Below, piece by piece: positions 40,442 through 51,067 of a DNA stretch of 64,000 nucleotides. The DNA is from Actinomycetota bacterium (GTDB lineage Bacteria; Actinomycetota; Actinomycetes; Nanopelagicales; Nanopelagicaceae). The stretch's first letter is position 1. The number at the start of each line of letters is the position of its first letter. Below the pieces are notes generated by a model. That model was not told the DNA's origin. It ran no database searches and was given only the letters and a program-made list of their open reading frames with translations. Made by a program: the position numbers and the translations under genes. The stretch covers positions 3,645 through 67,644 of the forward strand of contig JBEDES010000003.1 in assembly GCA_041175545.1 (NCBI GenBank). Reading direction: 5' to 3'.

Positions 40442-43400
40442 TTGCTGCCACCTCCATTACTAGTTCATCAACTGGCAAACCTTCTCGCGCTGCTCTTTCC
40501 ATAGCTGCAAGAACACGAGCATAGTCGCGAGGCATAACAAGAGAGATACGAGCAAGGCTCTTATCCCAATCCTTTAACAAAGAACCGGCAATCTCTGAAC
40601 CTGTTTCTGCAAAAAATACAGAGAGGTCGTTCTTTAGAATCGGGATTTGATCTTGCGGTACAGCAAGAATGTCCACCATCTCCGAATTCACATCTGCCCT
40701 GTCCAAATCAAGTACGAATGCTCGTCCACCTGACATGCCAGCGGCAAAATTTCGTCCAGTTTGACCTAAGACAATTACAGTTCCGCCTGTCATATATTCG
40801 CAACCGTGGTCACCTATGCCTTCAGATATCGCAAGTGCGCCTGAGTTTCGAACACAAAAACGCTCACCAACAACACCGCGAATGAAAATCTCCCCGGATG
40901 TTGCACCATATCCAATGACATTTCCAGCGATTACATTGTCCTGTGATGGGAAGCTAGCTTTCTCATCAGGACGAACAACAACGCGGCCTCCCGAAATTCC
41001 TTTACCGACATAGTCATTCGAGTCACCGTATAGACGAATAGAAACGCCGCTAGGTATAAATGCACCTAATGACTGGCCGGCAGAACCATGCAAGACAACA
41101 TCAATTGTTCCAGATGGCAATCCATCGACCCCATACTTGCGAGTGACTTCTGCTCCAAGCATTGTTCCTACAGTTCGATTTACATTTCGAACAGGTAGAT
41201 CAATCTTTACACTTTCACCCTTTTCAAGGGCGGGTGCTGCCAAAGCGATAAGTTGATTATCTAATGCATTTTCAAGTCCATGGTCTTGTTTAATTGTGTT
41301 GTGTAGGGGACTGTCAACATCAGGGCGCACAAGTAGTGGCGCTAGATCTAATCCAGATGCCTTCCAATGATCAATAGCTTTACGAGTATCGAGATACTCA
41401 ACATGACCAATGGCCTCTTGCATAGTTTTGAATCCCAATTGCGCAAGAATTTCTCGCACTTCCTCTGCAATGTATTCGAAGAAAGTTTCGACAAATTCTG
41501 GCTTACCACTAAAGTTTTTGCGGAGCTCGGGGTTTTGTGTTGCAACACCAACTGGGCAAGTATCCAAATGGCAGACTCGCATCATGATGCATCCTGAAAC
41601 CACAAGTGGCGCAGTAGCAAAACCATATTCTTCAGCGCCCAAAAGTGCCGCGATCACAACATCTCGACCTGTTTTCAATTGGCCATCTGTTTGCACAACG
41701 ATGCGATCACGTAATCCATTGAGTAGAAGTGTTTGTTGAGTTTCTGCCAAACCAAGTTCCCAAGGTGCTCCGGCATGTTTGAGTGAGGTCAATGGTGAAG
41801 CACCCGTCCCACCATCATGTCCAGAAATTAGAACTACGTCAGCATGCGCCTTTGAAACTCCCGCAGCTACAGTTCCCACACCAACTTCTGCAACAAGTTT
41901 GACGTGTACTCGAGCATTCTTATTAGCATTCTTAAGATCGTGAATCAACTGGGCCAAATCTTCAATTGAATAAATATCATGGTGAGGTGGTGGAGAAATC
42001 AGACCAACACCTGGAGTTGAGTAACGCGCCTTTGCTATCCATGGATAGACCTTGTATCCCGGAAGTTGGCCCCCTTCTCCTGGTTTAGCACCCTGAGAAA
42101 TTTTGATCTGAATGTCATCGCTGTTTACTAAGTAATTGCTATTTACACCAAAACGACCAGATGCAACTTGCTTGATTGCAGATCGCTTTGAATCACCATT
42201 AGCCATTGGGGTATTTCTCTCAATTTCTTCCCCACCTTCGCCTGTATTGGATTTTCCACCAATACGGTTCATTGCTATGGCTAATGTTTCATGAGCCTCT
42301 GCAGAAATAGAACCATATGACATTGCACCCGTTGAGAATCTCTTGATGATCGCACTAGCTGGCTCTACTTCATCAATAGCAATTGGTTTGTTGACTCCAC
42401 CTTTGAATTCAAACAAGCCACGCAACGTCATTAATCGAGAACTTTGCTCATTAACTCGATCGGTGTATCTCTTAAAGATGTCATAGCGCTTATTTCTTGT
42501 TGAATGCTGAAGCGTGAACACAGTTTCTGGATCAAACAAATGAGGCTCGCCTTCACGGCGCCATTGGTACTCACCACCGATAGGTAGACGCTTTGTTCCG
42601 GGAACTTCTCCCCCTGGCGGATAAGCAATGTTGTGTCGAGCAATGGTCTCTTCTGCAATAATATCGAGTGAAACTCCACCTAAACGAGAAGTTGTTCCCA
42701 CGAAATACTCATCTACGACTTCTTGTGACAAGCCAATCGCTTCAAAAACTTGCGCCCCTGTGTACGAGGCAATTGTGCTAATTCCCATCTTTGACATCAC
42801 CTTGAGAACGCCTTTACCTAAACTCTTAATAAGATTTTTAACTGCCTTTTCAGGTGTTATTCCTGTAATGACTCCCTGTAGAACTAGATCTTCAGCAGAC
42901 TCCATAGCTAAATAAGGATTTACACATGCTGCTCCAAAACCGATGAGTAATGCGACATGGTGCACTTCGCGAACGTCCCCAGCTTCAACTACAAGACCAA
43001 CTGTGGTGCGAGTTTTCTCTCTAATCAAATGATGATGAACTGCTGCTGTTAAGAGCAGCGAAGGAATAGGGGCATCTTCAGCATCACCATCTCGATCTGA
43101 CAAGACAATTATGTGCGCGCCATCTTTAATTGCCTGTGAGACTTCTTTTTTAATCTCATTAATGCGATCGCGAAGTCCTTCCCCGCCCTTAGAGACATTG
43201 AAAAGTCCACGAATGACATACGCGCTGAGCTCAGGAAAATCTTCATCGGCATTGATGTTAATAATCTTGGCCAGTTCATCGTTATCGATGACAGGAAATG
43301 CAAGTGAAACCTGACGACAGCTTTCCGGGCTTGGATCTAGAAGGTTGTGTTCAGGGCCCATTGATGTTCCCAAACTTGTTACAAGTTCTTCACGGATTGC

Positions 43401-44951
43401 ATCTAGAGGCGGATTGGTAACTTGTGCAAATAGCTGTGAGAAATAATCAAATATAAGTCGAGGCTTTTCAGAAAGTGCAGCAATAGGAGTATCTGTCCCC
43501 ATGGAACCCAGCGGTTCCATACCGTTTTTAGCCATGGGAGTAATCAAAATGCGTAGGTCTTCTTCGGTATATCCAAATGCACGTTGTCTTCTAACAACTG
43601 ATGAGTGCGGATAAACAATATGTTCGCGAGATGGAAGCTCACTCAACTTAACCATTCCATCTTCTAGCCATTTGCCATAAGGGGCAGCGTTTGCCAAATC
43701 ATCTTTAATTTCACCGTCTTCAATAATGCGCCCTTGTTCGATGTCTACTAAAAACATTTTTCCGGGTTGTAGGCGACCTTTACGTTCAATGTTTTCTGCA
43801 GGGACATCAAGAACTCCTACTTCAGATGCGAGTACAACTAGACCGTCTTTTGTTACCCAATATCTTGAAGGTCGAAGTCCATTTCGATCAAGCACTGCAC
43901 CAACTTGATGTCCATCAGTAAAAGTTACACAAGCTGGTCCGTCCCATGGCTCCATCAAGGATGCATGGAACGCGTAAAAATCACGACGGTTCTTCGGCAT
44001 GGAAGCATGGTTCTCCCACGCTTCCGGAATCATCATCAGAACTGCATGAGCAAGTGATCGTCCGCCCAAATAAAGAAGTTCTAGTACTTCATCAAATGAT
44101 GCTGAGTCAGATCCATCCATCTGAACAATTGGAAACAGTCTGTTGAGATCTCCAGGAATCACATCGCTTTTGAGCAATGATTCGCGGGCTCGCATCCAAT
44201 TTCGATTTCCTTTGACGGTATTGATTTCACCATTGTGCGCAATGAATCGGTAGGGGTGAGCAAGTGGCCATGAAGGAAAAGTGTTTGTTGAAAAGCGAGA
44301 GTGAACTAACGCAAGCGGTGAGACTACTCGCTCATCGGAAAGCTCCGGAAAGAATTCTTCTAATTGGCCAGTTGTTAGCATGCCTTTGTAGACGATAGTT
44401 TGAGAAGAAAGTGAAGGGAAATAAACTTCTAATGAGTGCTCTACTCGTTTTCTAAGGCAAAAGGCAAGACGGTCAAGGACTATTCCACTCTCACCATTTT
44501 TTCCTGAAACAAAAAGTTGATGAAAATCTGGCATAACTGAAACTGCAGTTTTTCCTAGTGAATTTGGATTAATAGGTACTTCGCGCCATCCTAAAACCTT
44601 CAGGCCTTCTTCTTCAGCAATCTTTTTTATTTCTTCTTTGTATGTCTTTCCTTTTGCAACGAATGCAATACCTGTGGCATAAGCGCCTGCAGATGGAAGA
44701 TCAAACTCGGTAACTTCTTGAAAATAAGCATCGGGGATGCGAATCAGAATTCCTGCGCCATCTCCGCTATCAGGTTCGGCACCTGATGCTCCTCGATGTT
44801 CCATATTTCGAAGCGCAGTCAACGCTTTTGAAACAATCTCATGTGTCGCGACCTTGTTGAGAGTGGCAACCATTGCAACACCACATGCATCATGCTCATT
44901 GGCAGGGTTATAAAGCCCTTGAGCTTGTGGGTAATTACTTGCGAGGGCCAT
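40434..44951 (-). CDS. gltB: Glutamate synthase large subunit
   Basis: HDA-CG (N-terminal nucleophile Cys), [16 protein letters not shown] and [13 protein letters not shown]; ATG at 44951 fits AGGAG spacing. Confidence 0.98.
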   Translation of the reverse strand: MALASNYPQAQGLYNPANEHDACGVAMVATLNKVATHEIVSKALTALRNMEHRGASGAEPDSGDGAGILIRIPDAYFQEVTEFDLPSAGAYATGIAFVAKGKTYKEEIKKIAEEEGLKVLGWREVPINPNSLGKTAVSVMPDFHQLFVSGKNGESGIVLDRLAFCLRKRVEHSLEVYFPSLSSQTIVYKGMLTTGQLEEFFPELSDERVVSPLALVHSRFSTNTFPSWPLAHPYRFIAHNGEINTVKGNRNWMRARESLLKSDVIPGDLNRLFPIVQMDGSDSASFDEVLELLYLGGRSLAHAVLMMIPEAWENHASMPKNRRDFYAFHASLMEPWDGPACVTFTDGHQVGAVLDRNGLRPSRYWVTKDGLVVLASEVGVLDVPAENIERKGRLQPGKMFLVDIEQGRIIEDGEIKDDLANAAPYGKWLEDGMVKLSELPSREHIVYPHSSVVRRQRAFGYTEEDLRILITPMAKNGMEPLGSMGTDTPIAALSEKPRLIFDYFSQLFAQVTNPPLDAIREELVTSLGTSMGPEHNLLDPSPESCRQVSLAFPVIDNDELAKIININADEDFPELSAYVIRGLFNVSKGGEGLRDRINEIKKEVSQAIKDGAHIIVLSDRDGDAEDAPIPSLLLTAAVHHHLIREKTRTTVGLVVEAGDVREVHHVALLIGFGAACVNPYLAMESAEDLVLQGVITGITPEKAVKNLIKSLGKGVLKVMSKMGISTIASYTGAQVFEAIGLSQEVVDEYFVGTTSRLGGVSLDIIAEETIARHNIAYPPGGEVPGTKRLPIGGEYQWRREGEPHLFDPETVFTLQHSTRNKRYDIFKRYTDRVNEQSSRLMTLRGLFEFKGGVNKPIAIDEVEPASAIIKRFSTGAMSYGSISAEAHETLAIAMNRIGGKSNTGEGGEEIERNTPMANGDSKRSAIKQVASGRFGVNSNYLVNSDDIQIKISQGAKPGEGGQLPGYKVYPWIAKARYSTPGVGLISPPPHHDIYSIEDLAQLIHDLKNANKNARVHVKLVAEVGVGTVAAGVSKAHADVVLISGHDGGTGASPLTSLKHAGAPWELGLAETQQTLLLNGLRDRIVVQTDGQLKTGRDVVIAALLGAEEYGFATAPLVVSGCIMMRVCHLDTCPVGVATQNPELRKNFSGKPEFVETFFEYIAEEVREILAQLGFKTMQEAIGHVEYLDTRKAIDHWKASGLDLAPLLVRPDVDSPLHNTIKQDHGLENALDNQLIALAAPALEKGESVKIDLPVRNVNRTVGTMLGAEVTRKYGVDGLPSGTIDVVLHGSAGQSLGAFIPSGVSIRLYGDSNDYVGKGISGGRVVVRPDEKASFPSQDNVIAGNVIGYGATSGEIFIRGVVGERFCVRNSGALAISEGIGDHGCEYMTGGTVIVLGQTGRNFAAGMSGGRAFVLDLDRADVNSEMVDILAVPQDQIPILKNDLSVFFAETGSEIAGSLLKDWDKSLARISLVMPRDYARVLAAMERAAREGLPVDELVMEVAANG

Positions 44952-45061
44952 AACCACTCCTACAGATTGTCCGAAAAAAAATGGGACATCCTTGGCCCGA
45001 AAAACTTAAGAGGTTAAGCCTAGCAACAAGGCAGGTTTGTGTCGCCCTTAATTGTGTGAAA

Positions 45062-45769
45062 TTAAAGGCCCGAAATATTGGCGATCTTTCCAATCCCAGC
45101 GGTTATGAGCATGCCTAGGCTTCCCCCGAGCATCACTCGAACCGTCGGAGACAAGATCCGAGAGCCAGCCAGTCTTGCGCTGACTACTCCGGTGATCAGT
45201 AACCCACCCAAAGTAAAGAGAACGATCGACCAAAACTTTGCACCAGCCGTCGGAGCAAATGCACCAGCAAATGGAATCAAGCCACCTGCCGTGAATGAAA
45301 TCGCCGAAGCTATTGCAGCTTGAACCGGCCTAGCCTTTGTGTGTGGATGTTGACCAAGCTCATCTCGCAAATGTGCCTCAAGTGCATCTTTTTCGTGCAT
45401 TTGTAATGCGACTTGCATCGCCAACTCTGGAGTGAGTCCACGTTGAATATAAATGTGTTGCAACTCAATTAGTTCTGACTCTGGATCAGTAGCTAAATGC
45501 TCCATTTCCAAAAGGCGATCAGATTCTTCTACATCATTTTGAGATCTCACTGATACGTACTCACCTACCGCCATAGACATGGCACCTGCTGTAATTCCAG
45601 CAACACCTGCAGTCAGCAAAAAATCATTCTTCCCCGCCGCTGCAACACCAATCATTAAAGCGGCAGTTGAGACCAATCCATCATTAGCACCAAGGACGGC
45701 AGCGCGTAGCCAACCTGCACGATGAGTGCGGTGTTGCAAATTACGGCGATAGACCTCTTCAAGGCTCAT
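45062..45769 (-). CDS. VIT1/CCC1-family Fe2+/Mn2+ transporter
   Basis: LRAAVLGANDGLVST and SMAVGEYVSV. Confidence 0.92.
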   Translation of the reverse strand: MSLEEVYRRNLQHRTHRAGWLRAAVLGANDGLVSTAALMIGVAAAGKNDFLLTAGVAGITAGAMSMAVGEYVSVRSQNDVEESDRLLEMEHLATDPESELIELQHIYIQRGLTPELAMQVALQMHEKDALEAHLRDELGQHPHTKARPVQAAIASAISFTAGGLIPFAGAFAPTAGAKFWSIVLFTLGGLLITGVVSARLAGSRILSPTVRVMLGGSLGMLITAGIGKIANISGL

Positions 45770-45784
45770 GTTTATCAGCCTACA

Positions 45785-46597
45785 TTAAGACTTTGGTCTC
45801 TCCTTAGCGGCGCGCACAAAATATGCTGCCGAGAGCATGCCTACAACCAGACTTACCCACACATTCACGCGAAGTCCAGCTATCGTATTTGCAGAATCAA
45901 TTCGAATTAACTCTATAAATAGGCGTCCGAAGCAATACGCAATAACGTATGCAGCAAAAGTTTGACCAGGCTTCAACCGCGAGCCAAAGTAAATGAGCAC
46001 AAGGGCAACTAAGGAACACCAGATCGCTTCATACAAAAATGTCGGGTGAAAACTTTCAAATTGCTTGTAGTCAGCAGGACGATATTGAACTGGTATCTGC
46101 AATGACCACCAAGCATCTAGCGGGCGGCCGAAGAGTTCTCCATTGAACCAGTTTCCGAAACGACCTATCGCTTGAGCAAACAAAATTCCTGGTGCAAGGC
46201 TATCGGCAAAGACTGAAAAAGATGGCAGCTCTACTTTTCTTTGTAACATTCGATATCGCAAAAATGCTGCAGCAAGTCCGATTGAAATTGCTCCCCAAAT
46301 TCCCAAGCCTCCCTCCCAGATTTTTACTGAATCAAGTGGCTGACCATTGGCTCCGAAATATGCTGCAGGCGAGGAAATTACGTGATAAATCCGGCCGCCG
46401 ATTATTCCTGCAGGAACAGCGGTAATTGCAACCTCAGCAACTATTGATGCACCATTTGGAGTTGCGGCTTTAAAGCGTTTGTCTCCCAACCAGATTGCAA
46501 CAGCAATGCCCGTAATAATGCAAAGTGCATAGAAGTGAACCGTGAATGGACCAATCTCTAACGCCGATGTTGATGGCGTCGGAAACGAAAAATTCAA
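45785..46597 (-). CDS. lgt: Prolipoprotein diacylglyceryl transferase
   Basis: IWEGGLGIWG, GRFGNWFNGELFG and HPTFLYE; TTG start. Confidence 0.95.
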   Translation of the reverse strand: MNFSFPTPSTSALEIGPFTVHFYALCIITGIAVAIWLGDKRFKAATPNGASIVAEVAITAVPAGIIGGRIYHVISSPAAYFGANGQPLDSVKIWEGGLGIWGAISIGLAAAFLRYRMLQRKVELPSFSVFADSLAPGILFAQAIGRFGNWFNGELFGRPLDAWWSLQIPVQYRPADYKQFESFHPTFLYEAIWCSLVALVLIYFGSRLKPGQTFAAYVIAYCFGRLFIELIRIDSANTIAGLRVNVWVSLVVGMLSAAYFVRAAKERPKS

Positions 46598-46600
46598 TCT

Positions 46601-47308
46601 TTATCCAGCCTCTACCGCTGAGCGCAGTTCATCTAAAACATAGTCATTGGATGTTGGCTTCCAAACTTTTCCGTTGATAAATACAGTCGGGGTGCCTTGT
46701 ACGCCAAATTTTCCCATAGAGTCATAATGGGCTTGAACAAGATCGGCCTTTGTTCCATTTTTAACGCAATCATCAAAGGCAGGAGAATTAATTCCGATTT
46801 TCTTTCCGATTTTTACAAGTGTTTCACTGCTGAAGAAACCAGTGCCTTCTCCAGACGGTTGCACTGTATAAAGAGCATCATGGAAATCTAAAAAGTGGTT
46901 TTCATCTGCTGCGCAAAATGCCGCATTTGCAGATCGAACTGATTCAGGTCCAAGGAATGAAAGAACATGGAATCGAACTGTAGCTTCCTTATCGCGAACC
47001 AATGAATTTAAATAGTCTCCCATCACATTTTCAAAGCGCTTACATGATGGGCATTGAGGATCTTCCCAAATATCAACTTGAGTGGGCAACCCAGGATTAA
47101 AAGTAATTGCAGAACCATTGTCTACATCGATTGTGGAAGTAACTGCAGGCTTAAGCGATATTCCATCCAAACCTGCCAATGGTGCATTTTCTTTGTTGTT
47201 TTGCCCCATGATTGAAAAGGCAACTCCGGTGCCAAGTACGAGTAACACCATTGCAAGAACAATCCAACGATTTGCGTTGTCACCGGTTTTACCTTGTTGC
47301 TTTGCCAT
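46601..47308 (-). CDS. Membrane-anchored DsbA-like thioredoxin-fold protein
   Basis: N-terminal TM helix, EDPQCPSC (CxxC) and GTPTVFING (cis-Pro loop). Confidence 0.88.
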   Translation of the reverse strand: MAKQQGKTGDNANRWIVLAMVLLVLGTGVAFSIMGQNNKENAPLAGLDGISLKPAVTSTIDVDNGSAITFNPGLPTQVDIWEDPQCPSCKRFENVMGDYLNSLVRDKEATVRFHVLSFLGPESVRSANAAFCAADENHFLDFHDALYTVQPSGEGTGFFSSETLVKIGKKIGINSPAFDDCVKNGTKADLVQAHYDSMGKFGVQGTPTVFINGKVWKPTSNDYVLDELRSAVEAG

Positions 47309-47491
47309 GATCTATCCCCTGTCCCTTTACCTGAGTTGCTGGTTAGACAAATTTCTAATGGATAAAGTATAGATAAATTCTCACACAGACCAAATTCAAA
47401 CCACCGAGGGCGATGAAAGATGTTTAACGAAACCTGCATCTGAATGAAAATGCCCGCTTTGACTTCAGAAAACTTAAAGGCGCTTGCTGGA

Positions 47492-48118
47492 CTAGCTATA
47501 GAGAAATTCTGGCAAAAAGTATGTTCCATACTTCCAGATAATTGCTGCGGCAATTACTGCATACATTATGGTCATTGCCGCATAGTCGCGACCCAGAAGA
47601 ATCAATCTGAGAATCTTCTGATGATTTACATCTGACCAATTGAATGCGTTTTGATAGATGTTTATTCTGAACATACTCATGAAAACTGAGATAGTTGAAA
47701 CAGTGACCAACATACACCAGGGACAAAAAGCTTTGATCACAAAAAATGATTGCGAAAACAACCAAAGTGCGAATATCAAAGCAGCGGAGTAAATAAAGAA
47801 TGCAATTCTAATTAACGAATTCGGGAACCGAACCTGCATCAAACCTGCAATTGCGATCGTGATCACCGCGGATTCGAACATCAATCCGATAAATGAATTA
47901 GGAAACCCAAAAACAGTGGATTGCCATGAAAGAGCAACCTTTCCGCATGAGACCACAGCGTTAATACTGCAAGAGAGATCTACATTCTCGTCTTTTGCTA
48001 ATTTAAATGCATCGATCGAAAGCACCATTGCTGCGAATAGACTCAACGATGCTGAAACTAACATCGTCAAATATGCATTACGCACACGTCGGGCTGTTGC
48101 TACTGCCTGCTCGGACAT
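47492..48118 (-). CDS. Vitamin K epoxide reductase (VKOR) family protein
   Basis: Loop cysteines in CSINAVVSC, FGFPNS and CPWC active site. Confidence 0.9.
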   Translation of the reverse strand: MSEQAVATARRVRNAYLTMLVSASLSLFAAMVLSIDAFKLAKDENVDLSCSINAVVSCGKVALSWQSTVFGFPNSFIGLMFESAVITIAIAGLMQVRFPNSLIRIAFFIYSAALIFALWLFSQSFFVIKAFCPWCMLVTVSTISVFMSMFRINIYQNAFNWSDVNHQKILRLILLGRDYAAMTIMYAVIAAAIIWKYGTYFLPEFLYS

Positions 48119-48133
48119 GGACGTAATAGTAAC

Positions 48134-48934
48134 CTATCGCCCTTCTCTAACACCTATTGCCAATTCTTTGGCAAGATGTGAGACAGCATCTAATCCAGAT
48201 TGTTCATCTTTTGCGTTGAGTAAAAGTTTTATAAATGCAGACCCAACTATCACGCCATCTGCATATTCAGCTAAAGATCGCGCTTGATCCCGAGTAGAAA
48301 CACCTAAACCGACACACACAGGTAGATCACTAACTTTTCTAATTCTTGAAACTAAGTCTCTAGCATCAATTGCAACTGCTTCTCGTGTACCAGTTACGCC
48401 CATAGAGCTAGCAGCGTATATAAATCCCCCAGTCACTGAAGTAACGCGTACTAGACGCGGATCCTTTGTGCTTGGTGCAACAACATAAATTGGATTAATT
48501 GAATTATCTTGCGTGGCCGCTAACCACTCTTTCGATTCTTCAATAGTTAAATCTGGAGTAATTACACCGGCTCCCCCATTTGCTGCAATTGATGCCGCAA
48601 ATTTTTCGACTCCGTACTTTTCAATTGGATTCCAATATGTCATTACAACGGATGCAACGCCTGTATCAGATGCTGCTTTAAGAGCTTCAAAAACATCAGA
48701 TGCCTGGGTTCCACCTTGAAGAGAAATATCAGCCGCCTCTTGAATTACTGGTCCATCCATTACTGGATCGCTATATGGAAATCCAATTTCTATTACATCT
48801 ACACCGGCATCTGCCAATACTTGAATTACTTTGTGGCATCCCTGCTTCGAAGGAAAGCCGGCAGGAATGTAGGCAATTAATGCAGCTCGATTTTCAGATC
48901 GGCACTTAGTTAAAACAGAATCTAAAGCTGTCAT
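48134..48934 (-). CDS. trpA: Tryptophan synthase alpha subunit
   Basis: IEIGFPYSDPVMDGPVIQ and DGVIVGSA. Confidence 0.97.
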   Translation of the reverse strand: MTALDSVLTKCRSENRAALIAYIPAGFPSKQGCHKVIQVLADAGVDVIEIGFPYSDPVMDGPVIQEAADISLQGGTQASDVFEALKAASDTGVASVVMTYWNPIEKYGVEKFAASIAANGGAGVITPDLTIEESKEWLAATQDNSINPIYVVAPSTKDPRLVRVTSVTGGFIYAASSMGVTGTREAVAIDARDLVSRIRKVSDLPVCVGLGVSTRDQARSLAEYADGVIVGSAFIKLLLNAKDEQSGLDAVSHLAKELAIGVREGR

Positions 48935-50124
48935 TACAGCGGAATTCCAAAATACTGCGCGGCTGTTTGTACATCTTTATCTCCCCGACCTGAAAGATTT
49001 ATGAGCAAGTTTGCTTTAGGGCCAAGTTCGTTACCAATAATTAGTGCACCCGCTAATGCGTGGGCAGTTTCAATTGCAGGAATAATTCCTTCAGTTCTAC
49101 TGAGTAAGGCAAATGCATTCATTGCCGCATCATCATTAATTGCTCGATACTCAGCGCGACCGAGGTCATGTAAGTAGGCATGCTCTGGACCAACGCCCGG
49201 ATAATCAAGGCCGGCTGAAATTGAATGAGATTCAACTGTTTGTCCATTTTTATCTTGAAGTACATATGAGCGAGTCCCATGTAAAACACCAGGTGTACCG
49301 CCGGTGATGGTGGCTGCATGGCGACCCGTCTCTACTCCATCACCACCTGCTTCTAAGCCAATCAATCTAACATTCGAATCAGGTATGAATGCATTAAAAA
49401 TTCCAATTGCATTTGAGCCTCCTCCGATGCATGCTAGAACTGCATCTGGAAGTCGACCAGTTAACTCCAACATCTGCACGCGCGATTCTTCACCGATCAC
49501 TTTATGAAAGTCGCGAACCATGGTGGGAAACGGATGTGGACCTGCCACAGTACCCAACATGTAATGCGTGTCATGAACATTTGTAACCCAATCGCGCATT
49601 GCTTCATTGATGGCATCTTTTAAAGTTTTAGAGCCAGAAGTAACAGCTACAACTTCTGCTCCTAACAATTTCATGCGGGCAACGTTCAAAGATTGTCGTC
49701 GAGTGTCTTCTTCGCCCATGTAAACAACACATTCCAACCCCATGAGAGCTGCTGCTGTTGCTGCAGCTACGCCATGTTGTCCGGCGCCCGTTTCGGCGAT
49801 TATTCGCTTCTTACCCATGCGTTTAGTCAGCAATGCCTGACCGAGCACGTTATTTATTTTATGACTTCCAGTGTGATTGAGATCCTCGCGTTTTAAGAAT
49901 ATGCGCGCACCTCCAGCGTGCTCTGAAAATCTCTTTGCTTCAGTAATAATGCTTGGTCGCCCCGTGTAAGTGCGATGTAGTTCTGCTAATTCAGCTAGAA
50001 ATTCTGGATCTTGCTGCGTTTGATTGTGAACAGCTTCTAATTCCTCAAGTGCTCCAATGAGTGCTTCTGGCACAAATCTTCCGCCGTATTGGCCAAAGTG
50101 ACCTAGTGCATCAAAAGTCTCCAC
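48934..50124 (-). CDS. trpB: Tryptophan synthase beta subunit
   Basis: [20 protein letters not shown] and NLSGRGDKD. Confidence 0.98.
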   Translation of the reverse strand: METFDALGHFGQYGGRFVPEALIGALEELEAVHNQTQQDPEFLAELAELHRTYTGRPSIITEAKRFSEHAGGARIFLKREDLNHTGSHKINNVLGQALLTKRMGKKRIIAETGAGQHGVAAATAAALMGLECVVYMGEEDTRRQSLNVARMKLLGAEVVAVTSGSKTLKDAINEAMRDWVTNVHDTHYMLGTVAGPHPFPTMVRDFHKVIGEESRVQMLELTGRLPDAVLACIGGGSNAIGIFNAFIPDSNVRLIGLEAGGDGVETGRHAATITGGTPGVLHGTRSYVLQDKNGQTVESHSISAGLDYPGVGPEHAYLHDLGRAEYRAINDDAAMNAFALLSRTEGIIPAIETAHALAGALIIGNELGPKANLLINLSGRGDKDVQTAAQYFGIPL

Positions 50125-50126
50125 TG

Positions 50127-50900
50127 CTAAAGCCTACCCAGCAATTGATTGATCGCAACTGATGGCGACTGAGCCCGTACTAGTGCCTCTCCTACGAGAA
50201 TTGCAGTGGCGCCACATTCCTGGGCAAAGAGCACATCTTCTCGTTTCGAAATCCCAGATTCTGCAACTCGAGCTATTCCAGATGGAATCTTTGGAATCAA
50301 TTCTGAAAATGCTTGTGTATCCACTTCTAGAGTTTTTAGATTTCGTGAGTTGACTCCGATTATTTCAGGGGAAATCTCTAATGCTCTTTCGAGTTCGTCG
50401 TGCGTATGGACTTCCACTAATGCTTTCATTCCAAGTTCCTTGCTTAACTGGAAATAGTCATCTAATTGATTCTGACTAAGAGCTGCGACAATAAGAAGTA
50501 CGACATCGGCGCCATGTGCACGTGCCTCATAAAATTGATATTCACTAATCATAAAATCTTTGCGCAGTATTGGAATATCAACTGCATTTCTAACGCTATC
50601 TAAATCAGCCAGTGAGCCTCCAAAGCGACGGCGCTCTGTTAAAACACTAATCACGCTAGCACCGGCCTGTTGATACTGCGCAGCCAAGCCGGCAGGATCA
50701 ACTATCTCCGCGAGTGAACCTTTACTAGGAGAAGAGCGCTTAATCTCAGAGATTATGGATATCTCATCGGTCAATAAATTAGGCAAGCAAGATCTCACAT
50801 TGGGTGCTTGCTCAAGGCGTTCTAGAAGTTGCCCCATAGGAATTCGTCTTTGATCTAAGTCTTCTCGCACTCCAGCGATAATTGAATCTAAAGCACTCAT
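50127..50900 (-). CDS. trpC: Indole-3-glycerol phosphate synthase
   Basis: [22 protein letters not shown] and AESGI. Confidence 0.97.
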   Translation of the reverse strand: MSALDSIIAGVREDLDQRRIPMGQLLERLEQAPNVRSCLPNLLTDEISIISEIKRSSPSKGSLAEIVDPAGLAAQYQQAGASVISVLTERRRFGGSLADLDSVRNAVDIPILRKDFMISEYQFYEARAHGADVVLLIVAALSQNQLDDYFQLSKELGMKALVEVHTHDELERALEISPEIIGVNSRNLKTLEVDTQAFSELIPKIPSGIARVAESGISKREDVLFAQECGATAILVGEALVRAQSPSVAINQLLGRL

Positions 50901-51067
50901 TGTTTCTCATCATCTGTTGGATCAAGCCCATGATCTTGTGCATTCCAAGAGTTTAAAACTCTCGGTTTTCTTTCATAACGCGAAGAAAGTTTTAACTTCG
51001 AACTTAACGTGAGAACCAAACCAATCACAACAAGAATTGATACAAGAAGTGGAATGAACTCGCTCAT
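50897..51067 (-). CDS. 56-aa single-TM protein resembling the C-terminus of the Trp-biosynthesis-associated membrane protein (Trp_oprn_chp)
   Basis: Hand translation [56 protein letters not shown]. It fills the trpE-trpC gap exactly, with ATGA overlaps at both ends. Confidence 0.85.
   Translation of the reverse strand: MSEFIPLLVSILVVIGLVLTLSSKLKLSSRYERKPRVLNSWNAQDHGLDPTDDEKQ

Noticed and set aside
47122-47553. 143-aa minus-strand ORF bridging VKOR and dsbA, and the 183-bp spacer
   Set aside because: Overlaps both genes out of frame and has no motifs; the spacer is explained by a TATACT promoter and leader for dsbA
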